From assembly GCA_965223415.1 (NCBI GenBank), contig OZ245002.1, forward strand, positions 5,536,001 through 5,600,000: a stretch of 64,000 bases of DNA, in the 5' to 3' direction. Both the position numbers and the translations under genes were made by a program. This DNA comes from Myxococcota bacterium (GTDB taxonomy: Bacteria; Myxococcota_A; UBA9160; UBA6930). The notes beneath the pieces are model-generated. The model did not search any database. It was not told the DNA's origin and worked only from the letters and a program-made list of their open reading frames with translations. Of the stretch, positions 51,450-60,742 are shown one piece after another. Positions within the stretch are counted from its first letter, which is position 1. The number at the start of each line of letters is the position of its first letter.

Positions 51450-52197
51450 ACTCGATCCCGCACTGCGCAAGCTCCGGCTCTCGGGCATGGCCGAGCATCT
51501 GGAGATGCGGCTCCTCGAAGCCCAGAAGGGCGAGTGGGCGGCCATCGACCTGCTCTCGGCGCTCGTCCAGGACGAGCTCGAGCGCCGGCAGGACCGACTG
51601 CTGGCCCGGCGCATCAAGCAGGCCCGCTTCCGCGACGCCAACCGGACCCTCAACGGCTTCGACTTCCGCTTCAATACGAAGATCGATCGCGCCCTGGTCT
51701 TCGAGCTCGCCACGGGCCGCTTCCTCGAGCAAGCCGAGGACGCTGTCTTCCTCGGCCCGCCGGGCACGGGCAAGAGCCATCTCGCCCAGGCGATCGGACT
51801 CGCCGTCATCCACCAGGGCCATCGCGTCGCCTACCGCGAGGTCCACGTCCTCCTCGAGGAACTCGCTGATGCGACCCTCGACGGCACCCGCAAGGAGTAC
51901 CTGGCCGAGATCGCGAGAGTGCCGCTGCTCATCCTCGACGACCTCGGCATGCGCAAGCTCCCCACCACGGCCGCCGAGGACCTCCTCGAGCTGATCATGC
52001 GCCGCTACGAGCGCACCAGCACCCTCGTCACCTCGAACCGACCCGTCGACGACTGGGGCCGGCTCCTCGGCGACACGGCAGCCGTCACCGCCATGCTCGA
52101 CCGCCTCCTCCACCACGGCCACCTGCTCAAGTGCGGACCCCGCAGCTGGCGCACCAAGAAGACCACCGCCTTGCCGAAGGAGGCCCCGGCGCGGTAG
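51436..52197 (+). CDS. istB: IS21 helper ATPase IstB (outer)
   Basis: FDFRFN, GPPGTGKSHLA, ILDDLG, AMLDRLLHH, SWR. Confidence 0.93.
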   Translation: MNLTELDPALRKLRLSGMAEHLEMRLLEAQKGEWAAIDLLSALVQDELERRQDRLLARRIKQARFRDANRTLNGFDFRFNTKIDRALVFELATGRFLEQAEDAVFLGPPGTGKSHLAQAIGLAVIHQGHRVAYREVHVLLEELADATLDGTRKEYLAEIARVPLLILDDLGMRKLPTTAAEDLLELIMRRYERTSTLVTSNRPVDDWGRLLGDTAAVTAMLDRLLHHGHLLKCGPRSWRTKKTTALPKEAPAR

Positions 52198-52276
52198 AAC
52201 CCCTCTGTCCTGGGCGCGGCCCTTTGGCCGCCTTTGAGACGTCCACCTTTGGCCGGTTTTCAGACGTCCACCGAGG

Positions 52277-52923
52277 ATCATTGGGCGCCCAATGGCTTCG
52301 AAGCCTCGAAGGTCCCGAAGAATGTTCGACTTGATGAACCCCGGGTTCAGAGAGTTTGCCGATACGCCAGTCCCTTCGAGCTGTCGCGCGAGGTCGATGG
52401 TGAACATGTTCAGTGCGAGTTTTGCGCGCGCATAGGCTCTCGCGGGGCTGTATCCGTGCTCGAGCTGGAGGTCCTGAAAGTTGATGTGGCCGACGGCTTC
52501 CGTTGCGGACGACACGTTGACGATGCGCGCGGGCGCCGAGGACACGAGGCGGTCGAGGAGAAGATTCGTCAAGAGAAACGGTCCGAGGTAGTTGACAGCC
52601 CAATTGCGCTCGAAGCCATCGTCAGTCACGGCTCTTTCCCGAAAGTTCGCTCCGGCGCAGTTGACGAGGACGTCGATTCGCTTGGCGTAGCTCAAGACTC
52701 GTTCAGCGCACCGCCTAACGCTCTCCATCGAGAGCAAGTCGCATTGCTCGAAGGAGATGGCCCCGTCGCCAGCCGACGCGGCAGCTTCTGAAATCACTGC
52801 CTTCCCTTTGGTTTCGTCGCGGCCCAACAGGATGACGCTTGCGCCCATTCGGTAGAGAGTTCCGACGGCGACGCGGCCCATCCCGTCGGTGCCTCCGACG
52901 AAGACCACAGTCTTCCCGCCTAG
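52277..52923 (-). pseudogene. SDR oxidoreductase, central fragment
   Basis: VGGTDGMG, NCAG, VNYLGPFLLT, YARAK. Confidence 0.9.
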
Positions 52924-54214
52924 CAGGCTGCGGAAAAACCCCGTGCGACGGGTCGAATCGGTTGGTACAGGCATACCGGGGGGATGGAGATGCGCGGAAC
53001 CGATCGAACGCAGTCCACGATGTTCAGCTACGTGTCGCCGGAGGCGCGTGTCCCCGCCGATCATCCACTGCGCGTGACGCGGGAGATGACGAATCGCGCC
53101 CTGGTCCGGCTGGACGGGAGGTTGCGGAAGCTGTACTCGCGGACGGGTCGGCCGTCGATTCCGCCCGAGCACCTGTTGCGGGCCCTGCTGCTGCAGGTGC
53201 TCTACTCGGTGCGAAGCGAGCGGATGCTGATGGAGCAGCTCGAGTACAACCTGCTGTTCCGCTGGTTCGTGGGGCTCGAGATGGACGACCGGGTCTGGGA
53301 CGTGACGGTGTTCACGAAGAATCGGGATCGGTTGCTTCGGGGAGAGATCGCGGAGGGGTTCTTTCAGGCCGTGTTGGCGGAGGCCCGCGAGGAGGGGCTT
53401 CTGTCGGACGAGCACTTCACGGTGGACGGCACGCTGATCGAGGCATGGGCGGGGCAGAAGAGCTTTCGGCCGAAGGACGAGGACCGGGGCGGCCGCGGGG
53501 GTGGACGGAAGGCGACGGAGCGGGACTTCCACGGTGAGCGTAGGAAGAACGACACGCACGCCTCGACGACGGACCCGGAGTCCCGGCTCTACCGCAAGGG
53601 GAAGGGGAAGGAAGCGAAGCTGTGCTTCATGGGCCACGTGGTGACGGAGAACCGGCATGGCCTGGTGGTGGCGGCCAAGACGACGCTGGCCACGGGCACG
53701 GCGGAGCGCGAGGCCTCGGTGGCGATGGTGAAGCGGGTGCCACGCGGACGGCGATCGACGTTGGGCGGAGACAAGGGCTACGACACGGTGTCGCATGTCG
53801 AAGAGCTTCGAGAGCTGGGCGTGACCCCGCACGTTGCGCAGAACGACAAGGGCCGCCGCAGCGCGATCGATGATCGAACGACGACGCACGTGGGCTACGA
53901 GATCAGCCAGCGCAAACGCAAGGCGATCGAGCAGGTCTTCGGCTGGGGGAAGACGGTAGGCCCGATTCGCAAGGTGAAGCATCGCGGCAAGGAGCGGGTG
54001 GGCTGGATGTTCACGTTCACCCAGGCGGCCTACAACCTTGTGAGGATGAGGAACCTGCTATGCCCCACGTAGCTTGTCGGGTCGAGTGGAGGGCCCCGTT
54101 GGCAGCGAGCCGGGCGTCAACCGGCGGCAAGGCCTCGATTCCGCGCTCCTTTCCTAGCCAAAGCGCCTCCAAGGCACCGTTCTCTGCGTACCATCGGCGT
54201 TCTTCCGCAGCCTG
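52924..54214 (+). mobile_element. IS5-family element
   Basis: IRs CAGGCTGCGGAA/TTCCGCAGCCTG; CTAG duplicated at 52920-52923 and 54215-54218. Confidence 0.9.
52990..54072 (+). CDS. IS5-family transposase
   Basis: VPADHPLR, GRPSIPPE, VDGTLIEAWA, GDKGYD, RK.IEQVFGW.K. Confidence 0.93.
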   Translation: MRGTDRTQSTMFSYVSPEARVPADHPLRVTREMTNRALVRLDGRLRKLYSRTGRPSIPPEHLLRALLLQVLYSVRSERMLMEQLEYNLLFRWFVGLEMDDRVWDVTVFTKNRDRLLRGEIAEGFFQAVLAEAREEGLLSDEHFTVDGTLIEAWAGQKSFRPKDEDRGGRGGGRKATERDFHGERRKNDTHASTTDPESRLYRKGKGKEAKLCFMGHVVTENRHGLVVAAKTTLATGTAEREASVAMVKRVPRGRRSTLGGDKGYDTVSHVEELRELGVTPHVAQNDKGRRSAIDDRTTTHVGYEISQRKRKAIEQVFGWGKTVGPIRKVKHRGKERVGWMFTFTQAAYNLVRMRNLLCPT

Positions 54215-54329
54215 CTAGGTCCTTGTCCGCCTCGGGAATGGCGTGTCGAGGGTCGGGCGTCCTCCTTTGTGGAAGAAGTGACGTGAGTAGGAGACGGAGG
54301 GTTCCAGGTAGGTTCAATGCAGTCCTCAC
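54215..54329 (-). pseudogene. SDR oxidoreductase, 5' fragment
   Basis: ..EADKDL joins GGKTVVFVGG in frame; reconstructed protein is 317 aa (start uncertain). Confidence 0.75.
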
Positions 54330-54340
54330 AAGATGGCCGC

Positions 54341-54386
54341 GCGGAGGAAATCCTCCGCATTGTTAGCAGCGGAGAATTTCTTCCGC
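54341..54386. promoter_or_regulatory. Two TetR-type operator palindromes between divergent SDR and tetR
   Basis: GCGGAGGA-AA-TCCTCCGC (54341-54358) and GCGGAGAATTTCTTCCGC (54369-54386). Confidence 0.65.
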
Positions 54387-54417
54387 CAGTGGCCTCTCGC
54401 CGCTAGTCTCCGGCTTC

Positions 54418-54867
54418 ATGACCAAGCCCGAAGCCGACTCCATCGACGACAGAATCCGGTTCGCCGCTCTCCGACTGTTCAATGAAAGGGGATATGGAGC
54501 GGCAACCGTCGAAGACATCGCGCGCGTGGCGGGCGTCGGTGTCGGCACGATTTACAGGCGATGGCCGGACAAGCCTGCGCTCGCCAACGAGCTCTACACC
54601 CTCGTGCTTGAGCGAGCCGCCTCCTACGATGCCCGCCAAGGCAAAGGGCGGGGAAAGAAGGGGCGCTTCCTCGGCCTCCTGCAGTCGTTCGCCGCTTTCG
54701 CGAAGGACGAGCCAGAAATGATGCTCTTCCTCGTCGCGCAGCCGCACAACGCGTATCTGGACCCGAAGAACCGACGAAGGCAGGCGGCGAAAGACGCGGA
54801 AACCTTGCAACTGGTGAGCGAGACCGGAGTCACTGCTTCTCCCGAGTTCGCCGCTGCAATGGTCCTA
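54418..54867 (+). pseudogene. TetR-family regulator, 5' part (interrupted by IS630)
   Basis: AALRLFNERGY..TVEDIARVAGVGVGTIYRRW. Confidence 0.87.
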
Positions 54868-56079
54868 GTGTCCTGTTTCGGAAAAAAGTACGCAAAATAG
54901 TGCGAACTCCCAACGTGCAGGGGGCATCTTACCGGCATCACGTTGGGGGGACGTATGGCGAATCGTGGCCGGCCCAAGACGCCGATTGTGCTGACGGATG
55001 CGGAGCGAGAAGAGCTCCAGACGCACGCCAGAAGGCGGAAGAGCGCGCATCAGTTGGCCTACCGCTCGCGCATTGTATTGCTCGCAGAGCAGGGGCTGAC
55101 GAATGGGGAAATCGCGGAACGCGTAGGCAAGCGACGAGAGACCGTCGGGATCTGGCGCAAGCGCTTCGTCGAAAAGCGGATCGCTGGGCTCTACGACGAG
55201 CCCAAGCCGGGAGCGCCCCGGACGGTGACCGACGAGCAGGTCGATGAGGTCGTGCGCTTGACGCTAGAGGAAACGCCCACGGGAGCGACGCACTGGTCCG
55301 TTCGCCTGATGGCGAAGCGGGTAGGCCTCCCGACGACGACGGTTCATCGCATCTGGCGAGCATTCAGCCTCCAGCCGCACCGAGTCGAGCGCTTCCGGCT
55401 CTCCAACGATCCCCATTTTGTGGACAAGGTGGTGGATATCGTCGGCCTGTACATGTCTCCGCCGGCGAACGCGGTCGTCCTCTGCGTCGACGAGAAATCG
55501 CAGATCCAAGCGCTGGAACGGAACCAGCCTGTCTTGCCGATGCAACCGGGCCGGGCGGAGCAGCGCACACACGGATACCTACGCCATGGCACGACGACAC
55601 TCTTTGCCGCACTCAACATCGCAACGGGCGAAGTGATCGGATCCCTCCATCGCCGGCACCGCACGGAGGAGTTCCTGAAGTTCCTCAGGACGATCGACGA
55701 CAACGTACCCGCCGAACTCGACATCCATCTCGTGCTCGACAACTACACCACGCACAAGACGAAGCGAACTCGGAGCTGGCTCGCGCGCCACCCTCGTTTC
55801 CACGTGCACTTCACCCCGACGTACAGCTCATGGCTGAATCAGGTCGAGCGGTTCTTTGCACTCATCACCGAGCGTTGCATCCGTCGCGGCGTGCATCGCA
55901 GCACGAGGGCGCTCGAGAACGACATCCGGAGCTTCCTGAAGACGACGAACGACGATCCGAGACCCTTCGTCTGGACCAAGACCGCGGATCAGATCCTCGC
56001 GAGTGTGCGGCGCTACTGTGGTCGCGTCCTCGACGTCCACTCCGATTCTAATCGAGTGGTTTCTTCTGGAACAGGACAC
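54868..56079 (+). mobile_element. IS630-family element
   Basis: IRs GTGTCCTGTT/AACAGGACAC; TA duplicated within CTAG. Confidence 0.9.
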
Positions 56080-56082
56080 TAG
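54955..56082 (+). CDS. IS630-family transposase
   Basis: [39 protein letters not shown]. Confidence 0.94.
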   Translation: MANRGRPKTPIVLTDAEREELQTHARRRKSAHQLAYRSRIVLLAEQGLTNGEIAERVGKRRETVGIWRKRFVEKRIAGLYDEPKPGAPRTVTDEQVDEVVRLTLEETPTGATHWSVRLMAKRVGLPTTTVHRIWRAFSLQPHRVERFRLSNDPHFVDKVVDIVGLYMSPPANAVVLCVDEKSQIQALERNQPVLPMQPGRAEQRTHGYLRHGTTTLFAALNIATGEVIGSLHRRHRTEEFLKFLRTIDDNVPAELDIHLVLDNYTTHKTKRTRSWLARHPRFHVHFTPTYSSWLNQVERFFALITERCIRRGVHRSTRALENDIRSFLKTTNDDPRPFVWTKTADQILASVRRYCGRVLDVHSDSNRVVSSGTGH

Positions 56083-56168
56083 GAACGATTGCTCAGTGTG
56101 TTCGGACTGGCGCCGATTTCGAAGCCGAGGACTTAGCGGAGCGGCTGTGGAGAGCGCTCTCTACGTAA
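56082..56168 (+). pseudogene. TetR-family regulator, 3' part
   Basis: [28 protein letters not shown], in frame with the 5' part (178 aa reconstructed). Confidence 0.8.
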
Positions 56169-56226
56169 AGAGCAGCCGCAGAAGGGTCAGCCCTGAGCTG
56201 CGGTTCTCACTTGACATTATGCGGCT

Positions 56227-57244
56227 CCTGCCTATCGGCTTCGCTCAGCTACCAGTCGGCGATACGGGAACGGCTCGCCCTGGACAGCGCGGTTGAGGAC
56301 GAAGCCGAAGAGCTCGCCTTCACGCCAACGCCGGTCGAAGCGATAGACGAACTCCGCGAGGTAGTGAGGGAGGTGCTTGCCGCTGACTCCGTGGAAGGTG
56401 CCCCGCAGCCAGGTCTTGAGGTTGCCGAAGACCCGGTGCACCCAGGGCAGGATCTCGGCCGACCGGTCGGGGTCCAATCCTTGGACCAGCCGTTCGTGCT
56501 GGACGCCGACCTTGGAGAGGCGGCGGTAGCCTTGGAAGCCATCGGTTCGCACCGTGGCATCGGTGGCGTCGATGACGCCGCGCACGAAGGGGCCGAGGTC
56601 GTGTTCGAAGGTGAGCCCCTCGATGACGGCAAGTCGAGCGCGACCTGCGCTGTGCTTCCGCTGCTCGACGGCTCCCGCCACGAGCGTCTTGCCCACGAGC
56701 ATGCGTCCACCCAGCAGGCCGCGTTCCGTTCCCCCCACGTAGCTCTCATCCGCCTCGACGAGGCCCGTGAGCCGATCCTCGGGGCGCGGCCCGAGGGCGG
56801 AGCGCAGCTTGTGGAGCATCGTCCAGGCTGTCTCATAGCTCCCGATCCCCGTGTCCCGTTGCAGCTGGAGCGCCGAGATTCCCTTCTTGTGGCGAGCGAG
56901 AAAGAAGATGGCCCAGAACCAGGTGAGCAACGGAACCCGGGTCGCATGGAAGATCGTCCCGGCGGTCACCGAGCACTGGTACCGGCAGCCTCGACACTGC
57001 TCGAGGCGCCGGGTCGAGATCCAACAGCTCTCTCGAGAGTCGCACCGAGGGCAAACGAAGCCCCGTGGCCACCGTACGTTTCGCAGCGCCTCCCAGCACG
57101 TTTCCTCGTCCGGGAATGTGGCCTGGAACTCCTGAAGCGTCTTCGGAAACCTCATCGCTCGGCCCTCCTCGGCTCAATCCAAGAGGAAGGTCCGATCTCT
57201 CCGTGACAGGGCCGGTCACGAGCTGAGCGAAGCCGATAGGCAGG
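56227..57244 (-). mobile_element. IS1595-family element
   Basis: Perfect 24-bp IR CCTGCCTATCGGCTTCGCTCAGCT; 8-bp duplication ATGCGGCT at 56219-56226 and 57245-57252. Confidence 0.93.
56232..57155 (-). CDS. IS1595-family transposase
   Basis: Zn ribbon CPRC..CRGC, TAGTIF, VEADESYVGG, TDG, HGVS.KHL..YLAEFVYRF. Confidence 0.94.
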   Translation of the reverse strand: MRFPKTLQEFQATFPDEETCWEALRNVRWPRGFVCPRCDSRESCWISTRRLEQCRGCRYQCSVTAGTIFHATRVPLLTWFWAIFFLARHKKGISALQLQRDTGIGSYETAWTMLHKLRSALGPRPEDRLTGLVEADESYVGGTERGLLGGRMLVGKTLVAGAVEQRKHSAGRARLAVIEGLTFEHDLGPFVRGVIDATDATVRTDGFQGYRRLSKVGVQHERLVQGLDPDRSAEILPWVHRVFGNLKTWLRGTFHGVSGKHLPHYLAEFVYRFDRRWREGELFGFVLNRAVQGEPFPYRRLVAERSR

Positions 57245-57311
57245 ATGCGGCTTATCGGACACAAACCGTTGAAATCAATGGCTTTATCAATGTCCGAGTG
57301 CGGCTCGAGCT

Positions 57312-60131
57312 TCAGGGTGACCGGGGTGCACTCCCCGGCGCCCGCCTACGCCAACCGCCCTCCTCCCACCGCAGCTCTTCCAACGGCCAGTGCCCGGGAT
57401 CCAGCTCCAGGGTCCGCACGCTCACCTTGCCCTGCAGGTCCACCGTGCGCAGGCGGACCGAGTCGCCGTCGCCCTTCCCCGCCACGGCCGCCAGGAAGGC
57501 GTCCAGGCCCTCGACGGGGCGGCCGTCGACGGCCACGATGCGGCGGGTGGCGTGGATGCGGTAGCGGTCGGCGGGGGATCCGCGCCAGCGGCCGGCCACG
57601 TAGACGCCGGTGCGCGGAAGGCCCCGCTGCCAGGCGAGCTCCTCCGGCGGGTCCTGCAGCAGGGCGCCGGCCCAGAGCAGCGCGCGACGGGTGCCCTGGG
57701 TCGATCGCGCGGTGGTGGGCACCTGGAGCTCCAGCCGTCGTCCCAGGCGCAGGATCTCGAGATCGACGGCCTCGGCGCGCGCGGCGCGCTCGAGCTCCCG
57801 GAAGCGGGTCACCGGCTCGCCGCCGGCGGCCAGGATGAGATCGCCGGCGCGCAGCAGCTTCGCAGCCGGCGTGCCGTGGGCGACGCGCGCGACTCCGAGC
57901 ACCCGCCGCGAAGCCGGATCGTGCTCGCCGAGCCGGCGGGCGTCCTCTTCGGAGAGACCGAGGGCGCGGGCCCGCGCGAGCGGTGCCTGCAGCAGCTCGA
58001 CGCCGAGGCTCCGCCAGGTGAAGGGCTCGCCTTCACGAAGCGGCACGGTGAGATCGAGCAGGTGGTGGCTGGGGAGCCCGGCGAAGAAGGAGCTGGTCTC
58101 CCCCCGCCGCTCCGTGGAGAACGAAGCCCAGAGCGCGAGCACGCGGCCGAAGCGATCGACGAGCACGCCGCCGACGCTGCCCAGGGGCTCGGCCACCGCA
58201 ACCAGCTCCGAGTTCGTCTCCCGGAAGCGCGGGGCCCGCGGCAGCGGAACGGTCGGCGGGTCGACCCGCGAGACCTGGGTGCGAACCGAGAGCACCTGCT
58301 GGCGGTTCGTCACGGCGACGAGCGTCACGTCGTCGCCGGCCTGGAGGGCTGTGTCCCGCAGGCGCGCGCTGCGCACCGGCGTCTCGCCGAGCAGGGCCGG
58401 GTCGTAACGGACCACGGCCAGGTTGTGGGCCGGGTGGAAGCCGACGACGCGGCCGGGCACCTCGACGGAGCCGCCGAAGGTGATGCGCACGTCGCCCAGG
58501 GTCACCGGGACCGTATCTCGATCGACGACGACGAAGCCGCGCTCGGCGTCCACCACGAGGCCGGCACCGGTGAAGGCGCGGCCCTGGACGCCGTCCACCG
58601 CGTAGGGGACGTCGAAGCTCACGACCGCGAGGGAGCGCGCCGCCACCCGGGAGGCGTAGCTGCCGTTCGCCTCCAGGCTGGCCGTCGCCGGTCTCAGCGA
58701 CTCGGGCTCCGGCGGCAGCGCCGAGGCCTTGCATGGGTAGCGCCCCGCCCTGTCGTCCCGCTGGCAGTGCCGCATCGAAAACCACTTCCGGTCCATCGTG
58801 ACGACGCCCAGGTGGGGCGCACCCGCAGCGGCCGGGGAGAAGTAGCGGACCTGGAAGCGCTCCCCGTCCGCCACGGCCGCCAGCTGCTGCTCCAGGCTCT
58901 CGAGGTCGCGGACGGGAACGCCGTCGACGTCGGTCAGCACCGAGCGGGCGGGGATGCCACCCCGCGCGAAGACGTAGCCCGTCGAGGCCAGGTACACGCC
59001 CCGTCCCGGCAGCCCGTAGCCCCGCGCGAGCTGGTACGAGAGCGGATGCAGCACCGCGCCGCCCACTTCGAGGAAGGCGTCCGGCGTGACGGCGTGCAGG
59101 TCCCGCACCGTCAGCGCGAGCTCGAGGGATGCCCCACCCCGCTCCACCTGGAGTCGCACGGACCGCCCTACCGCGGCGTCGAGCACCGCCTCCAGGGACA
59201 CGAAGTCGGCGAGGGGACGGCCCTCGAGGCCGACGAGCACGTCACCGGGCTCGAGCACGCCGTCGGCGGGGCCGCCAGGAACGATCTCCCGGACCACCAG
59301 GAGGCCGGTGCCGCCGGGGAACTCCCGGCGCAGGCGCGCCTCGGTCTCCGGTGCCAGGCCCAGCCGGTGCAGCTCGTCGTAGGGCTCGTGGACGAAGACC
59401 GCCTGCAGCGTTCCGCGGGCGACCGGCTCACCCCGCCGGAGCGCGGCCAGGGCCCGCACGACCCGATCCAGCGGGAGGAAGAAGCTCGACGCCGCGCCGC
59501 GGCTGCCACCGGCGTTCAGGGCGACGACCCGGCCATCCCGGTCGACCACCGGAGAGCCGGAGGAGCCGCCGGAGCTGCTGGACGCCGCCTGGTAGTAGAA
59601 GGTGTTGAAGTCGTTGTAGCGGCCGCGGCCGTAGTCCGGCGCCCGGCGGTCGAGGCGCGCCAGGGTGCCGTCGAGGATCGAGAGCTTCTCGCCGGCATCG
59701 TTGCCGATCACCCGGATCTCGGTGCCGACCCGCGCGGCCTCCGGCGCCAGGCGGAGCTCGGCCAGCTCCATGAAACGGACGTCCGCAGGATCGAAGCGGA
59801 AGAAGCCGAAATCGTGGACCGGGTCCCGGTAAACCGGCCACACCCGCACCTCTTCGTGGTTCAGGAAGATCGCGTCCGCGGTGACCGGGCCGGAATGCAC
59901 CACGTGCCGGTTCGTCAGGATGATCCCGCGCTCGGCGTCGACCACGAAGCCCGTCGCCACCGAGAAGGAGGCCGTCTCCGTGTCGAAGGAGCGGCTCGCC
60001 GCCACCCGGAGGGCGACGACGCTGCGCGCCGCGCGCTCGACGGTCGCCTCCCAACGGGCGTCCTCGGCGGCCGTCGTCGCGGCAGCGACGAGCAGGAACG
60101 AGGCGCCCAGGATCGCAGCGCGTCGGCTCAG
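57312..60131 (-). CDS. Nma111/Deg7-like HtrA serine protease (two trypsin-like domains + PDZ domains)
   Basis: LTNRHVV, YRDPVHDFG, GNDAGEKLSIL, NDFNTFYYQAAS..GGSSGSPV; signal peptide reached only from a CTG at 60131. Confidence 0.85.
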   Translation of the reverse strand: MSRRAAILGASFLLVAAATTAAEDARWEATVERAARSVVALRVAASRSFDTETASFSVATGFVVDAERGIILTNRHVVHSGPVTADAIFLNHEEVRVWPVYRDPVHDFGFFRFDPADVRFMELAELRLAPEAARVGTEIRVIGNDAGEKLSILDGTLARLDRRAPDYGRGRYNDFNTFYYQAASSSSGGSSGSPVVDRDGRVVALNAGGSRGAASSFFLPLDRVVRALAALRRGEPVARGTLQAVFVHEPYDELHRLGLAPETEARLRREFPGGTGLLVVREIVPGGPADGVLEPGDVLVGLEGRPLADFVSLEAVLDAAVGRSVRLQVERGGASLELALTVRDLHAVTPDAFLEVGGAVLHPLSYQLARGYGLPGRGVYLASTGYVFARGGIPARSVLTDVDGVPVRDLESLEQQLAAVADGERFQVRYFSPAAAGAPHLGVVTMDRKWFSMRHCQRDDRAGRYPCKASALPPEPESLRPATASLEANGSYASRVAARSLAVVSFDVPYAVDGVQGRAFTGAGLVVDAERGFVVVDRDTVPVTLGDVRITFGGSVEVPGRVVGFHPAHNLAVVRYDPALLGETPVRSARLRDTALQAGDDVTLVAVTNRQQVLSVRTQVSRVDPPTVPLPRAPRFRETNSELVAVAEPLGSVGGVLVDRFGRVLALWASFSTERRGETSSFFAGLPSHHLLDLTVPLREGEPFTWRSLGVELLQAPLARARALGLSEEDARRLGEHDPASRRVLGVARVAHGTPAAKLLRAGDLILAAGGEPVTRFRELERAARAEAVDLEILRLGRRLELQVPTTARSTQGTRRALLWAGALLQDPPEELAWQRGLPRTGVYVAGRWRGSPADRYRIHATRRIVAVDGRPVEGLDAFLAAVAGKGDGDSVRLRTVDLQGKVSVRTLELDPGHWPLEELRWEEGGWRRRAPGSAPRSP

Positions 60132-60742
60132 GCGCTCGCTCCCTGCCCGGCTCCGCCCCGGGCCAGGTACTGCTTCACGTACTTCCCGAGCACGTCCGCC
60201 TCGAGGTTCACCCGCTCGCCGCCCGCCAGGCGGCCGAGGGTCGTGACCTCCAGGGTGTGGGGGATCAGGGCGACGTCGAAGCCGTCGTCCACCAGGCCTA
60301 CCACCGTGAGCGACACGCCGTCGATGGTGACGGAGCCCTTCTCGACCAGCAGGTCCGCGAACTCGCGGCTCGTGGCGATGTAGAGGCGCACGTCGTCGCC
60401 CTGCCGCTCCACGCCCCGGACGCGCCCCGCCTCGTCCACGTGACCCTGGACGATGTGCCCGTCGAAGCGACCGTCGGCGCGCATCGCGCGCTCGAGGTTC
60501 ACCGCGTCTCCCACGGCCAGATCCCCGAGGCTGGTCTTCTGTATCGTCTCGGCGATCGCATCGAAGGTGATGCGACCGTCGCCGAAGGAGGTGACCGTGA
60601 GGCAGGCGCCGTTCACGGCGATGCTGTCGCCGAGGCCGACCTCGGCGGCCAGCCGCGGCTCGGCGATCGCGAGCCGGACGAGCTCGCCCTCCGGCGTGAC
60701 CGCCTCGACCCGGCCCAGCGCTTCCACGATTCCGGTGAACAT
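60128..60742 (-). CDS. ribE: Riboflavin synthase alpha chain
   Basis: MFTGIV, GDSIAVNGACLTV, GHIVQGHVD, KGSVTIDGVSLTV, VNLEAD. Confidence 0.96.
   Translation of the reverse strand: MFTGIVEALGRVEAVTPEGELVRLAIAEPRLAAEVGLGDSIAVNGACLTVTSFGDGRITFDAIAETIQKTSLGDLAVGDAVNLERAMRADGRFDGHIVQGHVDEAGRVRGVERQGDDVRLYIATSREFADLLVEKGSVTIDGVSLTVVGLVDDGFDVALIPHTLEVTTLGRLAGGERVNLEADVLGKYVKQYLARGGAGQGASA

Larger units (their letters stand above)
47444..52276 (+). mobile_element. Outer IS21-family element (istA interrupted)
   Basis: Ends CCTCGGTGGAC../..GTCCACCGAGG with tandem subterminal repeats; ATCAT duplication at 47439-47443 and 52277-52281. Confidence 0.9.
56209..57262 (-). other. dif-like XerC/D site split by IS1595
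   Basis: Reconstructed GTGTCCGATAA-GCCGCA-TAATGTCAAGT (11-6-11). Confidence 0.75.

Noticed and set aside
54418..54900. Intact 160-aa TetR as given in the ORF track
   Set aside because: The last residues (VSCFGKKYAK) come from IS630; the native C-terminus is at 56082-56168.
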